Below are positions 61,130-64,000 of a stretch of 64,000 nucleotides of DNA, piece by piece. A program made the translations under genes and the position numbers. Below the pieces are notes generated by a model that was given only the letters and a program-made list of their open reading frames with translations, ran no database searches and was not told the DNA's origin. The number at the start of each line of letters is the position of its first letter. Positions within the stretch are counted from its first letter, which is position 1. The stretch comes from Takakia lepidozioides (lineage: Eukaryota > Plantae > Bryophyta), in contig CM060731.1 of NCBI GenBank assembly GCA_030704615.1, positions 95,542,001 through 95,606,000 on the forward strand, in the 5' to 3' direction.

Positions 61130-64000
61130 CCTGACATTGGACCCATTGTCACCGGAGGAGAGAGACGACGTATACGGCGGTTCCTGAGGGCTTACAGGAA
61201 TTGCTTTGCCTTCAGTTTGAAGGACTTGGGAGCACTGAAGGGTCAAGAGATCCATATTGAGTTGGCCACTGACACGCCAATCTTTCGGAGACCCTATAGA
61301 TACAGTGACATGGAGAGGTCTTTGATTCAGATGAGGACTCAAGATCTCTGGGAGGCAGGTTTGGTGGAGCTCTCTGGTGGAGAGTATGCTTTAGCCACAG
61401 TGATGCCAGCCAAGAAGGATGTCTATGGCAATTGGACGAAGAGACGTATGTGCGGTGATTACCGGCCTGTAAATCGTCAGACCAAAGTCCGATAAGTATG
61501 CCATGCCAACACCAGAGGAGATCTTTGATGCCATCGGCATGCTAAGGTCTTTAGCACTTTGGATTTACGATCCGGATATCACCAGTTGCCAATCAAGGAG
61601 GCGGACAAGCAGAAGACGGCATTCTGGGGGATCAATGAGCACGGCAATGATTGCCTATATCAGTGGCGGTTTTTACCATTTGGGCTTAAGAATGCTCCTG
61701 CAGATTTTCAGAGAGTCATGGATAGGATTCTAGCAGGGGTGGACTTGCTCGGTGCTACATAGATGACATCATCATCTTTAGTGTTACGATGGAGGAGCAT
61801 AAGAGACACCTTCAGGTGGTATTGGAGCGCTTGAGAGCGCACGGATTGAAGTAGCGCACGGATTGAAGTTGCATCCGGGGAAGTGCAAGTTTTTCCACAA
61901 CCAGATTGAGTATCTGGGTCACATGATATATCCTGGAGGATTGGGGGTACAACAGACTAAGGCAGAGGCCATTGCACAAATTCCACGCCCCACGGATGTG
62001 AGCTGAGTTCGAGCTTTGATGGGGTTGAAAACTATTATAGATGGTTTGTCAAGGGATTTAGTACCATTGCAAAGGCTCTAACCAAGCTGACCAAGGTGGA
62101 CCAGGAGTGGCAGTGGGAAGATGAGCAGGAACGAGCTTTTCAAGAGCTCAAGGCGAGGTTGACCTCGGCGCCTATCCTGAGACGACCTATCAGGGGGCGT
62201 CCCTTTCAGCTGCATACGGATTGGAGCATGCTGGGGCTTGGAGCGGTGTTCACACATGTGGATGATGAGGGAAGAGAGTTCGTAGTGGCTTATGCTAACC
62301 GCTCGAACAACGCTGCAGAGGCTAAGTACAGCTCATATGAGGGAGAGTGCTTAGCTGCAGTGTGGGCCGTGGCACACTTCAGGTGCTATCTATACGGCAA
62401 TCTTTTCACCCTTGTCACGGATTACCAGCCACTCAAGTGGTTGATGGAGTCAGACAAGCTTACGGGGAAGCTTGCACGGTGGGCACTCATACTCCAGGAG
62501 TATGACTTTCAGGTTGTGCATCGACCGGGTTTGGTCAATCGGGATGCGGATGGATCGAGTCGCAATCCATGCATGAGCCAGCAGGATGACACTGGAGCTC
62601 GGTGGCATGGTGAGATGGACGAGGAGATGGTGCCGGGATGGCATGCATCTGCATTTTTGTGTATCTTGGCATCGGGAGGTCAGGTTGGACCTACAACAGG
62701 GATGACTGTAGACGGAGTGTCTGAGGACCCTGAGGCTAGTGATGAGCCAGGTGGTGCCAGAGATATACATGAGGATTCGGTTGTGTTGGACTACCTCCGC
62801 ACGGGAGACACGGCAGCCACTTTGACTGCCAGGGAGAGGGATCGGATCCTGCAACAAGCCAAGAGGTTCTACATCCTACTTCGAGTGTGGGAGGATGGTC
62901 GGGTGAGGATTGTGCCTCACCCCACATAGCGTGCACGGTTAGTGCGGCATGCCCATGAGGAGTTGGGGCTTTTTGGAGTGCGACGCACTCACAGTTTACT
63001 GCAAGGGCAGTATTTGGTGGCGTGGTATGCATACAGAGGTGCAACAGTTCGTGGCTAGGTGCATGGTGTGTGACAGGGTGCGTGCTTCATTCACACCCCT
63101 ACACCACAGTTTGCATCCTTTACCAATCATGGGATTGGGCTACAGGTGGAGTCTTGACTTTGCAGGACCGTTGCCACTGACTATGCGCCACACAGATATG
63201 TGTTGGTGATGGTGGAGCACTTCTCCAAGTGGATTGAGTTGGTTCCATTGCCTGACAAGGCTAGTGAGGGGGCTGCATATGCATTCTTGGATCGTGTGCT
63301 TAGCCGATTTGGTGCTCCAGCTGAGGTACTCACGGACCGAGGGAGAGAGTTCTTGGGGGAGTTTAGGCTTTGTGTGATAAAGCCTTGATAGACCACCGCA
63401 CCACTTCTCGGGATCATCCTGAGGCCGATGGCTTAGCAGAGATAGTTGTTCAGACGGTGAAGAGGGGTTTGTGCAAGTATGGCTTGAAGAAGGGACACCT
63501 AGGAGATTGGGATCTTCAGGTTCCTTGGTTAGCCATGGGCTACAGGTTCAACAAACAAACATCACTTGCCTCCTTCTCACCATATTTCCTTCTCTTTGGC
63601 CGAGAGCCGGATTTGCCTACAGCCATTCGTAGGGACACTGCTCAAGTCCTTAACCTTGACGATCCGGATGTGTGGGTACGTGCATGTGATCAGCGTGCAG
63701 AGTTGTTCAAGAAAGTATGCCCATGGCTTTTGAGAACCTTGCCATTGCACAGCACCGTGATACGTTGAGGTATGTCACTATACGTGGTGGAGGATATCGT
63801 CCTGGGGTTCGGAGGTTTAGCCCTGGTGACTATGTTTATTTGCAGCAAAATGCTCCTACGACTCTGGATGTTACTGCAGGGCGTGTTATTCTGAGGGTTC
63901 GAGAGGTGTTGCCCTTAGGGGTCCTGATCTTGGAGGGTCGGGATGGCATGACTTGGAAGGACCATGTGCGTAATTGTGCGCCATGTCACCTTCCCAATGT
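61130..64000 (+). pseudogene. pol: Family B RT, RNase H and integrase (frameshifted)
   Basis: RMCGDYRPVN, DLRSGYHQ, LPFGLKNAPADFQR, YIDD, LHTDWS, YSSYEGECLA, WSLDFAGP, LTDRGREF and ADGLAE. Confidence 0.93.

Larger units (their letters stand above)
45704..64000 (+). mobile_element. Family B Ty3/Gypsy element encoding gag-PR-DNMT-RT-RH-IN. Decayed, interrupted by family D, and runs off the window.
   Basis: Domain motifs occur in that order. The putative 5' LTR is ~45704-48864. Its left edge is uncertain, and its right edge GCAACA is shared with the copy at 6415. Confidence 0.88.

Overview
This is a heavily nested transposon region of a eukaryotic genome, most likely a non-seed land plant (evidence: a PLS-type PPR fragment, a plastid-type gene fragment and plant Ty3/Gypsy lineages). 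No intact host gene is visible. Contents: (1) A young, full-length Ty3/Gypsy element, family A (12883-26270, minus strand, TSD GACGG, tRNA-Arg-like PBS, extra ORFs before gag and after pol), plus four partial copies. (2) Decayed DNA-transposon material: a Mutator-like transposase with a GCM-like zinc domain, a divergent ParB-like gene, a fragment of a beta-class N4C/N6A DNA methyltransferase, and arrays of ~20-22 bp palindromes, two of them regularly spaced at 53 or 64 bp. (3) A chromovirus 3' fragment. (4) A Gypsy element, family B (~45704 to window end), whose pol carries a DNMT3-like C5 cytosine methyltransferase between protease and RT. That domain is split by (5) a young non-autonomous LTR element, family D (52220-60208), which has a captured PPR fragment and permuted termini that look like integration of a 2-LTR circle cut at a palindrome. 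Many frameshifts may be assembly indels. There is a 500-N gap at 40093-40592. All domain calls are by eye from motifs, not from database searches.
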